Below, one piece after another: positions 1 through 13,320 of a stretch of DNA of 64,000 bases (positions are counted from its first letter, which is position 1; each line of letters opens with the position of its first letter). The stretch comes from Alphaproteobacteria bacterium (GTDB lineage Bacteria; Pseudomonadota; Alphaproteobacteria; MPNO01; UBA830): positions 2,816,001-2,880,000 of the forward strand of contig OZ219791.1 in the NCBI GenBank assembly GCA_964291215.2, written 5' to 3'. Both the position numbers and the translations under genes were made by a program. The notes under the pieces are model-generated. The model searched no databases. It saw only the letters and a list, made by a program, of their open reading frames with translations, and was not told the origin of the DNA.

Positions 1-645
1 GGTCTGGACCCACTTGTCGAGGAGGAAGTTCGCCGAGATAGGGAGGAAGCCCTTGCGGCCCATCTCGATGACGCCCTTGGAGAAGGGGGCGACGACGGTG
101 CCGAGCACGGGCGGGTGGGGCTTCTGGTAGGGCTTGGCGATCGGGCCGAGCCCGATCTCGGGAAACAGCGTCTCGCGGGTGGTGATGTTCCAGTGCTCGC
201 CCTCGAGGTCGTAGGGCGGTTCGCCCTGCCATATGTCGAGGATGTGGCCTATGGATTCGGCGAACATCTCGTTGCGGTCGATGCCGCGGATGCCCAGCGC
301 TTCGGCATCCGATTCGAGGGCGCCGGGGCTGACGCCGAACAGGAAACGGCCCTTCAGCAGATGATCCAGCATCGCTGCCTGGGCGGCGACCAGTACCGGG
401 TGGGTGTGCGACAGGTTGGTGGTTCCGGTGCCGAGCTTGATCTGGCTGGTCTCGGAGATCAGGCTTGCCTGAAAGAGCATCGAGTTGGTGATGCTCTCTG
501 CCGCGTCCGTGACGTGCTCGCCGACATAGGCCTCGGAATAGCCGAGCCGGTCGGCAAGTATGATGGCTTCGCGGTCTTCCTGCAGGACCTCCGTGTAGTC
601 GCGATCCAGCCGATGTACCGGCATCGTGAAAAAACCAAGTTTCAT
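1..645 (-). CDS. LLM-class (luciferase-like) flavin-dependent oxidoreductase, 3' part runs off the window
   Basis: Not in the ORF track. Manual translation from ATG 645 (GGAGA RBS at 651-655) gives MKLGFFTMPVH...ADRLGYSEAYVGEHVTD...IKLGTGTTNLSHTHPVLVAAQAAMLDHLLKGRFLFGVSPG, a typical LLM N-terminus. The frame is open to position 1. Confidence 0.85.
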   Translation of the reverse strand, partial: MKLGFFTMPVHRLDRDYTEVLQEDREAIILADRLGYSEAYVGEHVTDAAESITNSMLFQASLISETSQIKLGTGTTNLSHTHPVLVAAQAAMLDHLLKGRFLFGVSPGALESDAEALGIRGIDRNEMFAESIGHILDIWQGEPPYDLEGEHWNITTRETLFPEIGLGPIAKPYQKPHPPVLGTVVAPFSKGVIEMGRKGFLPISANFLLDKWVQT

Positions 646-812
646 CGCTGTCTCCAAAATCCGCGTTCCGGCATGGCGCCGCACATCGGCGGCCAGTTGT
701 CCGCAGGAAATATATATCCGACACGACCGCCCATTGCATGTCCCCTTTTCGCGCCGTTTTCAAGGCGGCCGCAGCCCGTCCGCGCGACCGGAATCCGGGC
801 GCTGCCGCGCGG

Positions 813-2159
813 TCAGGCCAGCGACAGGATCACGCGAAGCCCGGGATGGTTGTCCTCAAGCCGTATCTCGCCGCCGTGGAGGTGCACCACCGCGCGCACC
901 AGCGCCAGCCCTAGCCCGCTTCCGGGCTCGCTGCGGCTGGCGTCGAGGCGGCGGAAGCGCTCGAACACTGCCTCGCGGTTCTCCTCCGGGATTCCCGGCC
1001 CGGTGTCCCAAACGATGACGTCGCCGCGCCGCGCCGCGATGCCGATTGCGCCCGGCGCCGGCGTGTATTTGACCGCATTGTCGACGAGGTTTGTCACGGC
1101 TTGGAAGATCAGGTCGCGGTCGCCGGTGATCTCCGCCGCCGCGCTGACGTCGAGCGAGAACCCGAGCCTGTCTTCCTGCGCCAGCGGCTCGTAGAGCTCG
1201 GCGACATCGCGAACGAGCCCGCCAAGATCGACTGCACCGAAGCTCTCGCGGCGTCCGCCAGCCTCGATCCGCGCGATGCGCATGAGGGCGTTGAAGACCG
1301 CAATGAGGCCGTCGGCCTCGCCGATGGCGTCGGCTACCCGCCGCCCGCGTTCATCGCTGCTGAGTTCGCCGTCCTCAAGGCTCTCGAGGCGGCTCCTGAG
1401 GCGCGCGAGTGGTGTGCGGAGGTCGTGGGCAATGTTGTCCGATACATGGCGCAGCCCTTCCATCAACGTCTGGATTCGGTCGAGCATGTCGTTGAGATTG
1501 CCGGCGAGCTGGTCGAAATCGTCGCCGCTGCCGCGCACCGGAATGCGCTGCGCCAGGTCGCCGGTCATGATTTCGCGGCTCGTCTGGTTGATCGCCTCGA
1601 TCCTGCGGGTGGTCCCGCGGCTTAGCGCGATGCCGCCGGCGAGCGCCAGCGCCAGCGTGATCAGTACCCCCCATACCAGGGCGTCCTTGATGCTGCGCCG
1701 CGTTTGTTCGAGCTCGTGCACCTCGCGCCCGACCAGCAGCCTGAGCCCGCCGTCGAGCGCAAACGCCATCGCCCGCGCGAGATGGGGTTTGCCCTCCGGG
1801 GACTGGCGGTCGACGAGCGCAAAGGTCATCCAGCCTTCATCGTCCGGCTGGATGTCCGGCCACGAGCCGACATTGCCGACGAGTGGCCGCCCGATCGGAT
1901 CGGTAAGGAGGTACACGGTGCGGCCGCCCGGGTCGCGGCGGAGCCGGCCGGTGATGATGCGCGCTATGCCGGCCGCGCCGCCGGCCGCGTACTGTTCGTT
2001 CAGCCCCTTGATGTCGGCGCGGATGGTCTCGTCCATCTGCTCCACGAGGGTGCCGACCGTGGCTTGCCACAGGAATCCGAGGAGCACCGTCACCGAGACC
2101 GCGAACACGGCCATGTAAATCAGCGCGAGCCGGAAGGTCGAGCTCCTAAGGAGGCGCAT
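813..2159 (-). CDS. Two-component sensor histidine kinase (2 TM, HAMP, HisKA, HATPase)
   Basis: H-box NIAHDLRTPL, N-box NLVDNAVKYT, DTGPGI, GSGLGLA. The start could alternatively be 2177. Confidence 0.93.
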   Translation of the reverse strand: MRLLRSSTFRLALIYMAVFAVSVTVLLGFLWQATVGTLVEQMDETIRADIKGLNEQYAAGGAAGIARIITGRLRRDPGGRTVYLLTDPIGRPLVGNVGSWPDIQPDDEGWMTFALVDRQSPEGKPHLARAMAFALDGGLRLLVGREVHELEQTRRSIKDALVWGVLITLALALAGGIALSRGTTRRIEAINQTSREIMTGDLAQRIPVRGSGDDFDQLAGNLNDMLDRIQTLMEGLRHVSDNIAHDLRTPLARLRSRLESLEDGELSSDERGRRVADAIGEADGLIAVFNALMRIARIEAGGRRESFGAVDLGGLVRDVAELYEPLAQEDRLGFSLDVSAAAEITGDRDLIFQAVTNLVDNAVKYTPAPGAIGIAARRGDVIVWDTGPGIPEENREAVFERFRRLDASRSEPGSGLGLALVRAVVHLHGGEIRLEDNHPGLRVILSLA

Positions 2160-2835
2160 CGCCATTGCGAATGACATATCCGGCTCCGCGCACGGTGTGT
2201 ATCAGCGGCCTGTCGGCCCCCTTGTCGATCTTGCGCCGCAGGCGGCTGATATGGACATCGATGACGTTGGTCTGGGGATCGAAGTTATAGTCCCAGACTC
2301 CCTCGAGGAGCATCGCGCGGGTCATCACCGTGCCGGCGTTGCGGGCGAGGAATTCGAGCAGCCGGAACTCGCGCGGCTGAAGCTCTATCTTCCGGTTGCC
2401 GCGGCTTGCGCTCCGGGTGAGGAGGTTTATTTCGAGGTCTCCGACGCGGAGCGCTGTCTCGCTGGCGGTGCGACCGGACGAACGCCGCGCCAGGGCCTCG
2501 ATCCGGGCGAGCAGTTCGGTCGCGGCGAACGGCTTGGCCAGGTAGTCGTCGCCGCCGGCCCTGAGCCCCTTTACCCGGTCCGTCACTTCGCCGAGTGCGC
2601 TCAGGATGAGGACGGGGACGCGGCAGTCCGAGGCGCGGAGTGCCTGGATGAGCGCGAGGCCGTCGAGCCGCGGCAGCATCCGGTCCACGACTAGCGCGTC
2701 GAACTCCTCCGATGTCGCCATCACCAGCCCGTCCGTGCCGTCCTCCGCGATCGTGGCAAGGTGCCCCGCCTCGGTCAGCACCTTCGCGACATAGTCGGCG
2801 ACTTCTCGGTCGTCCTCGATGACGAGCACACGCAT
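2146..2835 (-). CDS. OmpR/PhoB-family response regulator
   Basis: Receiver motifs (IEDD, VDRMLP, KPF) plus a winged-helix C-terminus (NVIDVHISRLRRKID, IHTVRGAGY); overlaps the kinase gene. Confidence 0.95.
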   Translation of the reverse strand: MRVLVIEDDREVADYVAKVLTEAGHLATIAEDGTDGLVMATSEEFDALVVDRMLPRLDGLALIQALRASDCRVPVLILSALGEVTDRVKGLRAGGDDYLAKPFAATELLARIEALARRSSGRTASETALRVGDLEINLLTRSASRGNRKIELQPREFRLLEFLARNAGTVMTRAMLLEGVWDYNFDPQTNVIDVHISRLRRKIDKGADRPLIHTVRGAGYVIRNGDAPP

Positions 2836-2868
2836 GGCTGTTCGGCGGTTGCAGCGGCGAAGTGGGGT

Positions 2869-3264
2869 CTAGAGTGCCGCCACGGCCGCAATCTCGATCA
2901 GGAATTCGGGCCAGGCGAACGCCGAGACCTCGACAATGGCTGACGCCGGTCCGTCCTTCGGGAAATAGCGCTCACGGATGTCGGAGACTGACTCGAAGGC
3001 GCCGATGTCGCGGACATAGACGGTCACTTGCACGATGTCGGCCATGGCTCCGCCGTTGGCCTCGACGATGTTCCGGATGTTCTCGAGGACCTGCGTCGCC
3101 TGGGTGCGGATATCGTCCTTGCCGACCAGATTCCCCTCGGCGTCGATCGCGACCTGCCCGGCAATGAACAGCAGCGGGCCGGCATCGACGCGCACGCTGT
3201 TCGAATAGTGCGGCTTGAGCGGCGCCGCCACCGAATTCGGGTTCCTTCCGATCGATTTGGTCAT
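2869..3264 (-). CDS. RidA/YjgF family protein
   Basis: LFIAGQVA...QATQVLENI...IVQVTVYV...PASAIVEV...LIEIAAVA; the start overlaps the stop of the upstream gene. Confidence 0.88.
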   Translation of the reverse strand: MTKSIGRNPNSVAAPLKPHYSNSVRVDAGPLLFIAGQVAIDAEGNLVGKDDIRTQATQVLENIRNIVEANGGAMADIVQVTVYVRDIGAFESVSDIRERYFPKDGPASAIVEVSAFAWPEFLIEIAAVAAL

Positions 3265-5645
3265 GAGTTCGCTCCTTGTCCTGTTGCGTTGCGGATAGCC
3301 TGCCACACCGCCTGCGAGGTGATGGGCAATGGCACGTGGCGCACGCCGAGATGCCAGAGCGCGTCGACAACGGCGTTGCCGATGGCGGCCGGAGCGCCGA
3401 TGGTCCCGGTTTCGCTGCCGCCCTTGACGCCGAGGGGATTCGACGGCGCCGGCGTTTCCTGGAAGGCGAGACGGAAGGACGGAAGATCGTCGGCTCTCGG
3501 CATGCAGTAGTCGACGAAGCTGCCCGAGAGCAGTTGGCCGCTGCCGTCATAGGCGACATGCTCCATCAACGCCTGGCCCACGCCCTGGCCGAGGCCGCCA
3601 TGAACCTGCCCCTCCACGATCATCGGATTGACCACCACGCCGCAATCATCGGCCGTGAAGTAGTCGCGCAGCGTCACCGCTCCGGTCTCGGCGTCGACGA
3701 GCACGGCCGCCAGATGCATTGCCTGCGGGTCGTTGGTGTCGCGGGGCTCCCAGAACACGGTCTCCTCAAGCCCTGGCTCGACAGTGCCGTCGGGTGCGGG
3801 CGGCAGCATCGCGCCGTGATAGGCGTTGGCGGCGATCTCGCGGAAGGTGGCTTCGCGGTCGGTGCCGCGGACGCGGTAGACCGGACCGTGCCGCTCGATG
3901 TCCTCTTCGGCGCATTCGAGCATGTGGGCCGCGATCCGGCGCGCGCGTCTCACGACCCGGTCGGCGGCGATCATGATCGCCGAGCCCCCGACCGTCATCG
4001 ACCGCGAGCCCCATGTGCCGTTGCCGAAGGGGATCATGTCGGTGTCGCCCTCGATCAGCGCGATGTCGTCGACCGGAATGCCGAGGCGGTCGGCGGCCAC
4101 CTGGGAATAGGTGATGTCGTGCCCCTGGCCGTGGCTGTGGCTTCCCGAGAATAGCGTGACCCTGCCGTCCGAATGCACGCGCACGATCGCGCTCTCGTAG
4201 CCGCCATGGAGTCCGCCCCGTGCGGCGAGGTTGGCGCTGCTGCCGGTTCCGGACTTGTCGAGGAAACACGAGATGCCGAGCCCCATGTGCTGTCCGCGGG
4301 CGCGCCGCCCGGACTGTTCGGCGCGCAGCGCCCGGTAGTCGGCCAACTCGAGCAGGCGCGCAAGAAGCGCGGGGGGATCGCCCGAATCGTAGGTGCGGCC
4401 ACCCGGCGCCGGATAGGGGAAGTCGGTGGCCGCGATCAGGTTGCGGCGCCGGAGCGCGGCGACATCGATGTCGAGTTCGCGGGCGCCGTTCTCGGCTAGG
4501 CGCTCGTTGACCCAGGTCGCTTCCGGGCGCCCTGAACCGCGATAGGCGTCCACCGGGAGCGTGTTGGTGTAGGCGCCGCGCACCCTGAGGTGTGCGGCCG
4601 GCGTACGGTAGAGGCCGGTCAGGGTCTGGGGGTAGGAATTTCCCGGGATGCTGGGCGCGAAATTCGAGAGGTAACCGCCGAGCGCGGCGATGGTGTCGAC
4701 CTGGAGGGCGACGATCTCGCCGTCGGGCCCGAAACCCATGCGCCCGACCGTGTGGTGATCGCGCGCTTGGGTGTCCGACATCAGGCATTCCGACCGCGTC
4801 GCCGTCCACTTGACGGGGCGCTGCAGAAGGCCGGCGGCCCAGGCGACGGTCGAGACCTCGACCGCGAAATGCACCTTGAGCCCGAATCCGCCGCCGACAT
4901 CGGGCGCGATCACCCGAATCTTGTGCTCGGGCACGAACAGCGTGTAGTTGGCAAGCCAGCGGCGCAGGTAATGGGGCGTCTGGGTGGTGGCGTAGAGCGT
5001 ATAGCGGCCGCTTTCGCGCTCGAAATCGCACAGGTAGCTGCGCGGCTCCATCGGGTTTCCCGCGACCCGGTTGGACGGCAGCGTCATCTCGACCACATGG
5101 TGGGCGTCGGCAAGGGCGGCTTCGGTCGCAGCGCGGTCGCCCCTCTCGATCTCGAACACGAGGTTGGTGCCGAAGCGCTCGTGCACGCAGGGGGCATCCG
5201 CATCAAGGGCGCACGCGACATCGGTCACCGCCGGAAGGGGGGCGTAGTTGACGGTGACGCGCTCGGCTGCGTCGAGGGCGGCGTGGCGAGTCTCGGCGAT
5301 GACGGCGGCGACGACGTCGCCGACATGGCGGACGGTGTCCGGGGCGAAAGCCGGACGCGGAGCCTCGTTCATCGGCCGCCCGTCGCCGAACGGCATCGGG
5401 TGGACGACGGTAAGCTCGCCGAGCCCTGCGGCCTCCCAGTCGCGGTGATCGAGGATACGGAGAACTCCGTCGAGTGCCGCGGCTTCCGACCAATCGATCC
5501 GTTCGATGCGGGCATGGGCGTGGGGTGAACGGACAAAGGCGCACCACGCCATGCCGGGCAGCGTCACGTCGTCGACATAGCGCCCGCGGCCGCGCAGGAA
5601 GCGGACATCCTCGCGGCGTGCGAGCGGCTGGCCGATATAGCTCAT
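3261..5645 (-). CDS. Xanthine dehydrogenase/CoxL-family molybdopterin-binding large subunit
   Basis: MSYIGQPLARRED start, RSPHAHARI, PDVGGGFG, AYRGSGRPEA, EGQVHGG, GVKGGSE. The real start is placed at 5645, not 6287. Confidence 0.92.
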   Translation of the reverse strand: MSYIGQPLARREDVRFLRGRGRYVDDVTLPGMAWCAFVRSPHAHARIERIDWSEAAALDGVLRILDHRDWEAAGLGELTVVHPMPFGDGRPMNEAPRPAFAPDTVRHVGDVVAAVIAETRHAALDAAERVTVNYAPLPAVTDVACALDADAPCVHERFGTNLVFEIERGDRAATEAALADAHHVVEMTLPSNRVAGNPMEPRSYLCDFERESGRYTLYATTQTPHYLRRWLANYTLFVPEHKIRVIAPDVGGGFGLKVHFAVEVSTVAWAAGLLQRPVKWTATRSECLMSDTQARDHHTVGRMGFGPDGEIVALQVDTIAALGGYLSNFAPSIPGNSYPQTLTGLYRTPAAHLRVRGAYTNTLPVDAYRGSGRPEATWVNERLAENGARELDIDVAALRRRNLIAATDFPYPAPGGRTYDSGDPPALLARLLELADYRALRAEQSGRRARGQHMGLGISCFLDKSGTGSSANLAARGGLHGGYESAIVRVHSDGRVTLFSGSHSHGQGHDITYSQVAADRLGIPVDDIALIEGDTDMIPFGNGTWGSRSMTVGGSAIMIAADRVVRRARRIAAHMLECAEEDIERHGPVYRVRGTDREATFREIAANAYHGAMLPPAPDGTVEPGLEETVFWEPRDTNDPQAMHLAAVLVDAETGAVTLRDYFTADDCGVVVNPMIVEGQVHGGLGQGVGQALMEHVAYDGSGQLLSGSFVDYCMPRADDLPSFRLAFQETPAPSNPLGVKGGSETGTIGAPAAIGNAVVDALWHLGVRHVPLPITSQAVWQAIRNATGQGANS

Positions 5646-5902
5646 CGCGGCCTCCGGCTGCCGCGGACGTTCGCTGGCCGCAGCGAACATGAAGACGGAT
5701 CGATGGTCGGAGCGAATTGCGGGAATTGGCGGGCAGGCACGGGCAACCCCGCTGCGTTCAGACCGGTGCGCGACAGTCCCGGGTCGCTGTCTGTCTCCCG
5801 GCCCCCGGCGCGGCCTTGAATCTCCGCGACGACGCCGCACTCGCATGGACAGCCTCACATAGGCGATTGTCTTGCAGCAGTCAATCGGCGCCCGCCCGGC
5901 GC

Positions 5903-6095
5903 CATGATGATCCCATGCTAATTCGGAGACGCGAAATCCGAGTGCGTTGGCGCTCGCGTCATCACAGATCGCCTCCTTGATCGCAATTTTTCCCGCCGGG
6001 AAGGCCCCGTCGAGCCTTGGCGGCACGATTGCAGCGCGACGCAGACTGAAAAATCTCGCCAGTCGCTGCTGGATTGGCAGCGTCGGATCACCGTC
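5903..6095 (-). mobile_element. 193-bp MITE, copy 1
   Basis: Inverted near-copy of 38976-39168. Imperfect terminal inverted repeats (CATGATGATCCC / GGATCACCGTC), flanked by a 9-bp direct repeat GCCCGGCGC (5894-5902) / GTCCGGCGC (6096-6104). Confidence 0.8.
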
Positions 6096-6275
6096 GTCCG
6101 GCGCCGCCGGGAGATGCCGGAAATTGCGGCCCATGGCCGCGGATGCTAAGATCGTTGTCGGCGTGCATCCTTGATGGGGTGCGCCGTCAGGCAGATGATG
6201 ATTCTGCGCACCATGTGCCCCGGCTCCGCGCCGCGGAGGCGACCGACCATCGGGCAGACACGAAAGGGAGGAGTA

Positions 6276-7283
6276 ATGCGAGTTCACACGATTTTAGGCG
6301 CGCTGACCGGTCTGGCAGTCGCAGCTTTTGCGGGCGCCGCGGGCGCTGCCAGCATGACGATGAAGGTCGGCTACGCAACGATCAACGATCCGCAGCACGC
6401 CGTTGCGCAGGAACTTCAGAAGCGCTTTGCCGCCAACAAGGAGGCAGGCATCGAGGTCAAGATCTTTCCGGCGGGACAGATCGGAAAGATACCGCGCATG
6501 ATCGAGGGCCTTCAGCTTGGCACGCTCGAGCTGATGATCTCGCCGCCCGGCTTCATGGTCGGTATCAACCCCGCCTTCCAGGTTCCCGACGCCCCCGGCG
6601 TCTTCACCGATGTCCTCCATGCCCACCGCACGCTCAACGACCCGACCTTCTACGGCAAGTTCTCGAAACTCGCCGCGAACAAGGGTATCGGGATGCCGGC
6701 GCTCTACGTCTACGGCCCGACCTCGTTTGCGAGCAAGCAGCCGCTGCGCAAGCTCGCGGACTTCAAGGGAAAGAAGATCCGCGTGCTGGCGACCAAGATG
6801 GAAAGCTCGCTTGTCGGCAAGTTCGGCGCGGCCGGCGTTCCCATCCCCTACACCGAAGTGTTGCCGGCGCTGCAGCGCGGCACCATTGACGGGGTGCGGA
6901 GCTCGATCATCGTCATGGGCGGCTCGAAGTTCTTCACCGTCACCAAGTTCATCACCGTGGTCGAGAGCGGATTTATTCCGAGCGCGCTCTTGGTGAGCGA
7001 AGCCTGGCGGAAGAAGCTGTCCGCCAAGCAGGCGAAGGCCGTGAACACGGTGCTCGCCGACATGAGCGAATGGGCCACCAAGACGGCTGCCGAGTTCGGC
7101 AAGAAGGCCGAGAAGCTGTGGCAGGATAACGGCGCGGAGGTGATCAGGCTGTCGGCGGCTGAACAGAAGCAGTTCATGGACACAGTCCGCCCGCTCGGCG
7201 ACGAGTTTCTCGGCAAGCATGCCAACGCCGGAGTGCGCGAGGTCTATGCGCTTCTCAAGGAATCGGCCAAGCGCAACATGTAG
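6276..7283 (+). CDS. dctP: TRAP transporter substrate-binding protein (DctP family)
   Basis: GGAGGAG RBS, signal peptide, KIFPAGQIG, DFKGKKIRV, EVLPALQRGTIDG; no dctQM adjacent. Confidence 0.88.
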   Translation: MRVHTILGALTGLAVAAFAGAAGAASMTMKVGYATINDPQHAVAQELQKRFAANKEAGIEVKIFPAGQIGKIPRMIEGLQLGTLELMISPPGFMVGINPAFQVPDAPGVFTDVLHAHRTLNDPTFYGKFSKLAANKGIGMPALYVYGPTSFASKQPLRKLADFKGKKIRVLATKMESSLVGKFGAAGVPIPYTEVLPALQRGTIDGVRSSIIVMGGSKFFTVTKFITVVESGFIPSALLVSEAWRKKLSAKQAKAVNTVLADMSEWATKTAAEFGKKAEKLWQDNGAEVIRLSAAEQKQFMDTVRPLGDEFLGKHANAGVREVYALLKESAKRNM

Positions 7284-7291
7284 CGCTTGGC

Positions 7292-7326
7292 CGCCGGACC
7301 CGGGCGCTTGCCGCCCGGGTCCGGCG
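7292..7326 (+). terminator. Strong GC hairpin immediately after dctP (terminator/stability element)
   Basis: Perfect 15-bp stem CGCCGGACCCGGGCG-cttgc-CGCCCGGGTCCGGCG without a U-tract; a second 10-bp stem (7265-7292) spans the stop codon. Confidence 0.45.
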
Positions 7327-7476
7327 AGTGTGATGTCCCCGGGGGCGGCCGGAATCGGGACGCGCCCCCGGGCCGATTGCGGACGGGGTTGAGGCTGCCC
7401 GCCCGCAGTCGGCCTGCGCCTCCGCGAGGGGCGTGCCGGTGCGGCAATGTGGCCTCGGGAGCTAGGAGGTGACGCG

Positions 7477-8439
7477 ATGTTAACGAGATCCAGACCGGCG
7501 TGGTCGCTGCCGGAAACGGCAGCGACGCCGGAGTCCGTGTTCCTGAACCGGCGTGAACTCTGCAGGTCGGTTGCCGCCGGATCGATCTTGGCTGCCGTGC
7601 CCGCGCTGTCCGGGATCGCGTTTGCTGCCACCGACCCGTCGGCAGAGCTGTACCCGGCGAAGCGGAACGACGCCTACAAGCTAGACCGCGCCGTGACCCC
7701 GGAAAAGATCGCGACGACCTACAACAACTTCTACGAGTTCGGCTCCAACAAGAACATATGGAAGGCGGCGCAGAAGCTGAAGGTCCGACCTTGGACGGTG
7801 ACTATCGACGGCATGGTCGAGAACGAGCGGACGGTCGATATCGACACGCTCCTGCGGGCGATGCGGCTCGAGGAGCGGCTCTATCGCCACCGCTGCGTCG
7901 AAGCCTGGGCGATCGCCGTTCCTTGGACCGGTTTCCCGATGAAGGACTTCCTCGACTATGCGCGTCCGCTGTCGGGCGCCCGTTATGTCGTGATGGAGAC
8001 CTTCAACGACAAGTCGGTTGCCCCTGGTCAGCGTCAGACCTGGTATCCGTGGCCCTATCTTGAGGGGCTCACCATCGCCGAGGCCGCGAACGAGCTGTCG
8101 ATGATCGGCACCGGCGCTTACGGTAAGCCGATGCCGAAGCAGAACGGCGCGCCGCTGCGCCTCGTTGCGCCATGGAAGTACGGCTTCAAGCAGATCAAGT
8201 CGATCGTCCGCTTCACCTTTACCGACAAGCGGCCGAAGAGCTTCTGGGAGAAGATTCAGGGCAACGAGTACGGGTTCTGGGCCAATGTCAACCCGGAGGT
8301 GCCGCATCGGCGCTGGAGTCAGGCCAGCGAACGGCTGCTAGGCACCGACAAGCGGGTGCCGACGCTGCTCTATAATGGCTATGCGGAGCAGGTGGCGCAC
8401 ATGTACAAGGACATGAAGGGCGAGAGGCTCTTCATGTAG
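7477..8439 (+). CDS. msrP: Protein-methionine-sulfoxide reductase catalytic subunit MsrP (YedY)
   Basis: Tat-like NRRE signal, YNNFYEFG, RHRCVEAW, QNGAPLRLVAPWKYGFKQIKSIV, EYGFWANVNPEVPHRRWSQASER. Confidence 0.93.
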   Translation: MLTRSRPAWSLPETAATPESVFLNRRELCRSVAAGSILAAVPALSGIAFAATDPSAELYPAKRNDAYKLDRAVTPEKIATTYNNFYEFGSNKNIWKAAQKLKVRPWTVTIDGMVENERTVDIDTLLRAMRLEERLYRHRCVEAWAIAVPWTGFPMKDFLDYARPLSGARYVVMETFNDKSVAPGQRQTWYPWPYLEGLTIAEAANELSMIGTGAYGKPMPKQNGAPLRLVAPWKYGFKQIKSIVRFTFTDKRPKSFWEKIQGNEYGFWANVNPEVPHRRWSQASERLLGTDKRVPTLLYNGYAEQVAHMYKDMKGERLFM

Positions 8440-8471
8440 CGGCGTCCGCCGCGCCGGACACCGCTGGCCGG

Positions 8472-9437
8472 TCAACCGGCCATGGCTGCCGAGTCCTCGT
8501 GTTCGGCGATGAACTTCTCGGCTTCCAGCGCCGCCATGCAGCCGGTGCCCGCGGCGGTGACGGCCTGGCGGTAGACCTTGTCCTGGACATCGCCAGCCGC
8601 GAACACGCCGGGCACGCTCGTGCGCGTCGAATCGGCAGCCGTCCGGATGTAGCCCTCGTCGTCCATGTCGAGCTTGCCGCGGAACAGTTGCGTCGCCGGA
8701 TCGTGGCCGATGGCCACGAACACGCCGTCGACGGCAAGCTCGCCGATTCCGCCCGACTTGACGTTGCGCGTGCGCACGCCGGTCACGGTCGGCGGATCGT
8801 CGGTTCCGAGCACCTCGTCGACGACCGTGTCCCACAGGATCTCGGTCTTTTCGTTGTCGAACAGGCGCCGCTGCAGGATCTTCTCGGCCCTGAGCGCGTC
8901 GCGGCGATGGATCAGTGTCACCTTTGCGACATGGTTGGTCAGATAGAGCGCCTCTTCCACCGCCGTGTTGCCGCCGCCGACGACGGCGACCTCTCGGTCA
9001 CGGAAGAAGAACCCGTCACAGGTGGCGCAGGCCGAGACACCGAAACCGACGAATTTCTGCTCGCTCTCGAGGCCGAGCCACCGCGCCCTGGCTCCGGTCG
9101 AGACGATCACCGTGTCGGCGACATAGGTTGCTCCCGAATCTCCGGTGCAGGTGAAGGGGCGCTGCGTCAAATCGACATCGACGACCAGGTCGCTGACCAT
9201 CGCTGTGCCGACATGCTCGGCCTGCTCGTGCATCTGGGTCATCAGCCAGGGGCCCTGGATGACGTCGGCGAAACCCGGGTAGTTTTCGACATCGGTCGTG
9301 ATGCTCATCTGCCCGCCGACCTCGATGCCGGTGACGAGCACTGGCTGGAGCGACGCACGGGCTGCGTAGATGGCCGCCGTGTAGCCGGCGGGCCCCGACC
9401 CGACGATGAGCACTCTTGTCCGATAGCTTTCTGCCAT
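8472..9437 (-). CDS. trxB: Thioredoxin-disulfide reductase
   Basis: GSGPAGYTAAIYAARA, CATCDG active site, GGGNTAVEEA, YRQAVTAAGTGCMAALEA. Confidence 0.97.
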   Translation of the reverse strand: MAESYRTRVLIVGSGPAGYTAAIYAARASLQPVLVTGIEVGGQMSITTDVENYPGFADVIQGPWLMTQMHEQAEHVGTAMVSDLVVDVDLTQRPFTCTGDSGATYVADTVIVSTGARARWLGLESEQKFVGFGVSACATCDGFFFRDREVAVVGGGNTAVEEALYLTNHVAKVTLIHRRDALRAEKILQRRLFDNEKTEILWDTVVDEVLGTDDPPTVTGVRTRNVKSGGIGELAVDGVFVAIGHDPATQLFRGKLDMDDEGYIRTAADSTRTSVPGVFAAGDVQDKVYRQAVTAAGTGCMAALEAEKFIAEHEDSAAMAG

Positions 9438-9504
9438 GGAGAGGTTCCCGCGGCCCGATGGCCGGGCCCTGTCCTGGATTTCCCGCGCCGCAGCCCGCGG
9501 GCGC

Positions 9505-9978
9505 CTACCTGTAGCGCACCGAGACGACCTCGTAGGACTTCACGCCGCCGGGCGTGACGACCTCTATGGGGTCCCCGACGGTCTTGCCGATCAGGGCCCG
9601 CGCCATCGGCGACATGACTGACAGCCGTCCCGATCTGACGTCGGATTCGTGCTCGCCGACGATCTTGTAGGTGGTCTTGATGTCGGTCTCGTCTTCAATG
9701 ACGGCGACTGTCGCCCCGAACCTGATGACCTTGCCCCTCAGCGTCTTGACATCGATGACCTCGGCGCGGCTCAGCAGGTCCTCGATCGTTTCGACCCGGC
9801 CTTCGATGAAGGCCTGTCGCTCGCGGGCGGCGTGATATTCGGCGTTTTCGGACAAGTCGCCATGTTCGCGCGCTGCGGCGATCGCCTGAATCACGGCCGG
9901 CCGCTCCTCGGACTTGAGATGCCGAAGCTCCTGCTCGAGCTTGGTGTGGCCCTCCAGTGTCATCGGCGCCTTTTCCAT
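9505..9978 (-). CDS. greA: Transcription elongation factor GreA
   Basis: [30 protein letters not shown]; lies downstream of carB as usual. Confidence 0.97.
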   Translation of the reverse strand: MEKAPMTLEGHTKLEQELRHLKSEERPAVIQAIAAAREHGDLSENAEYHAARERQAFIEGRVETIEDLLSRAEVIDVKTLRGKVIRFGATVAVIEDETDIKTTYKIVGEHESDVRSGRLSVMSPMARALIGKTVGDPIEVVTPGGVKSYEVVSVRYR

Positions 9979-9996
9979 GGTCTGCCCCCTGCTGTT

Positions 9997-13303
<3,307 letters not shown>

Positions 13304-13320
<17 letters not shown>

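Noticed and set aside
5646-6287. 213-aa N-terminal extension of the Mo-hydroxylase ORF (1008 aa in the track)
   Set aside because: Family homology starts at MSYIGQ; the extension runs through the MITE and overlaps the dctP start.
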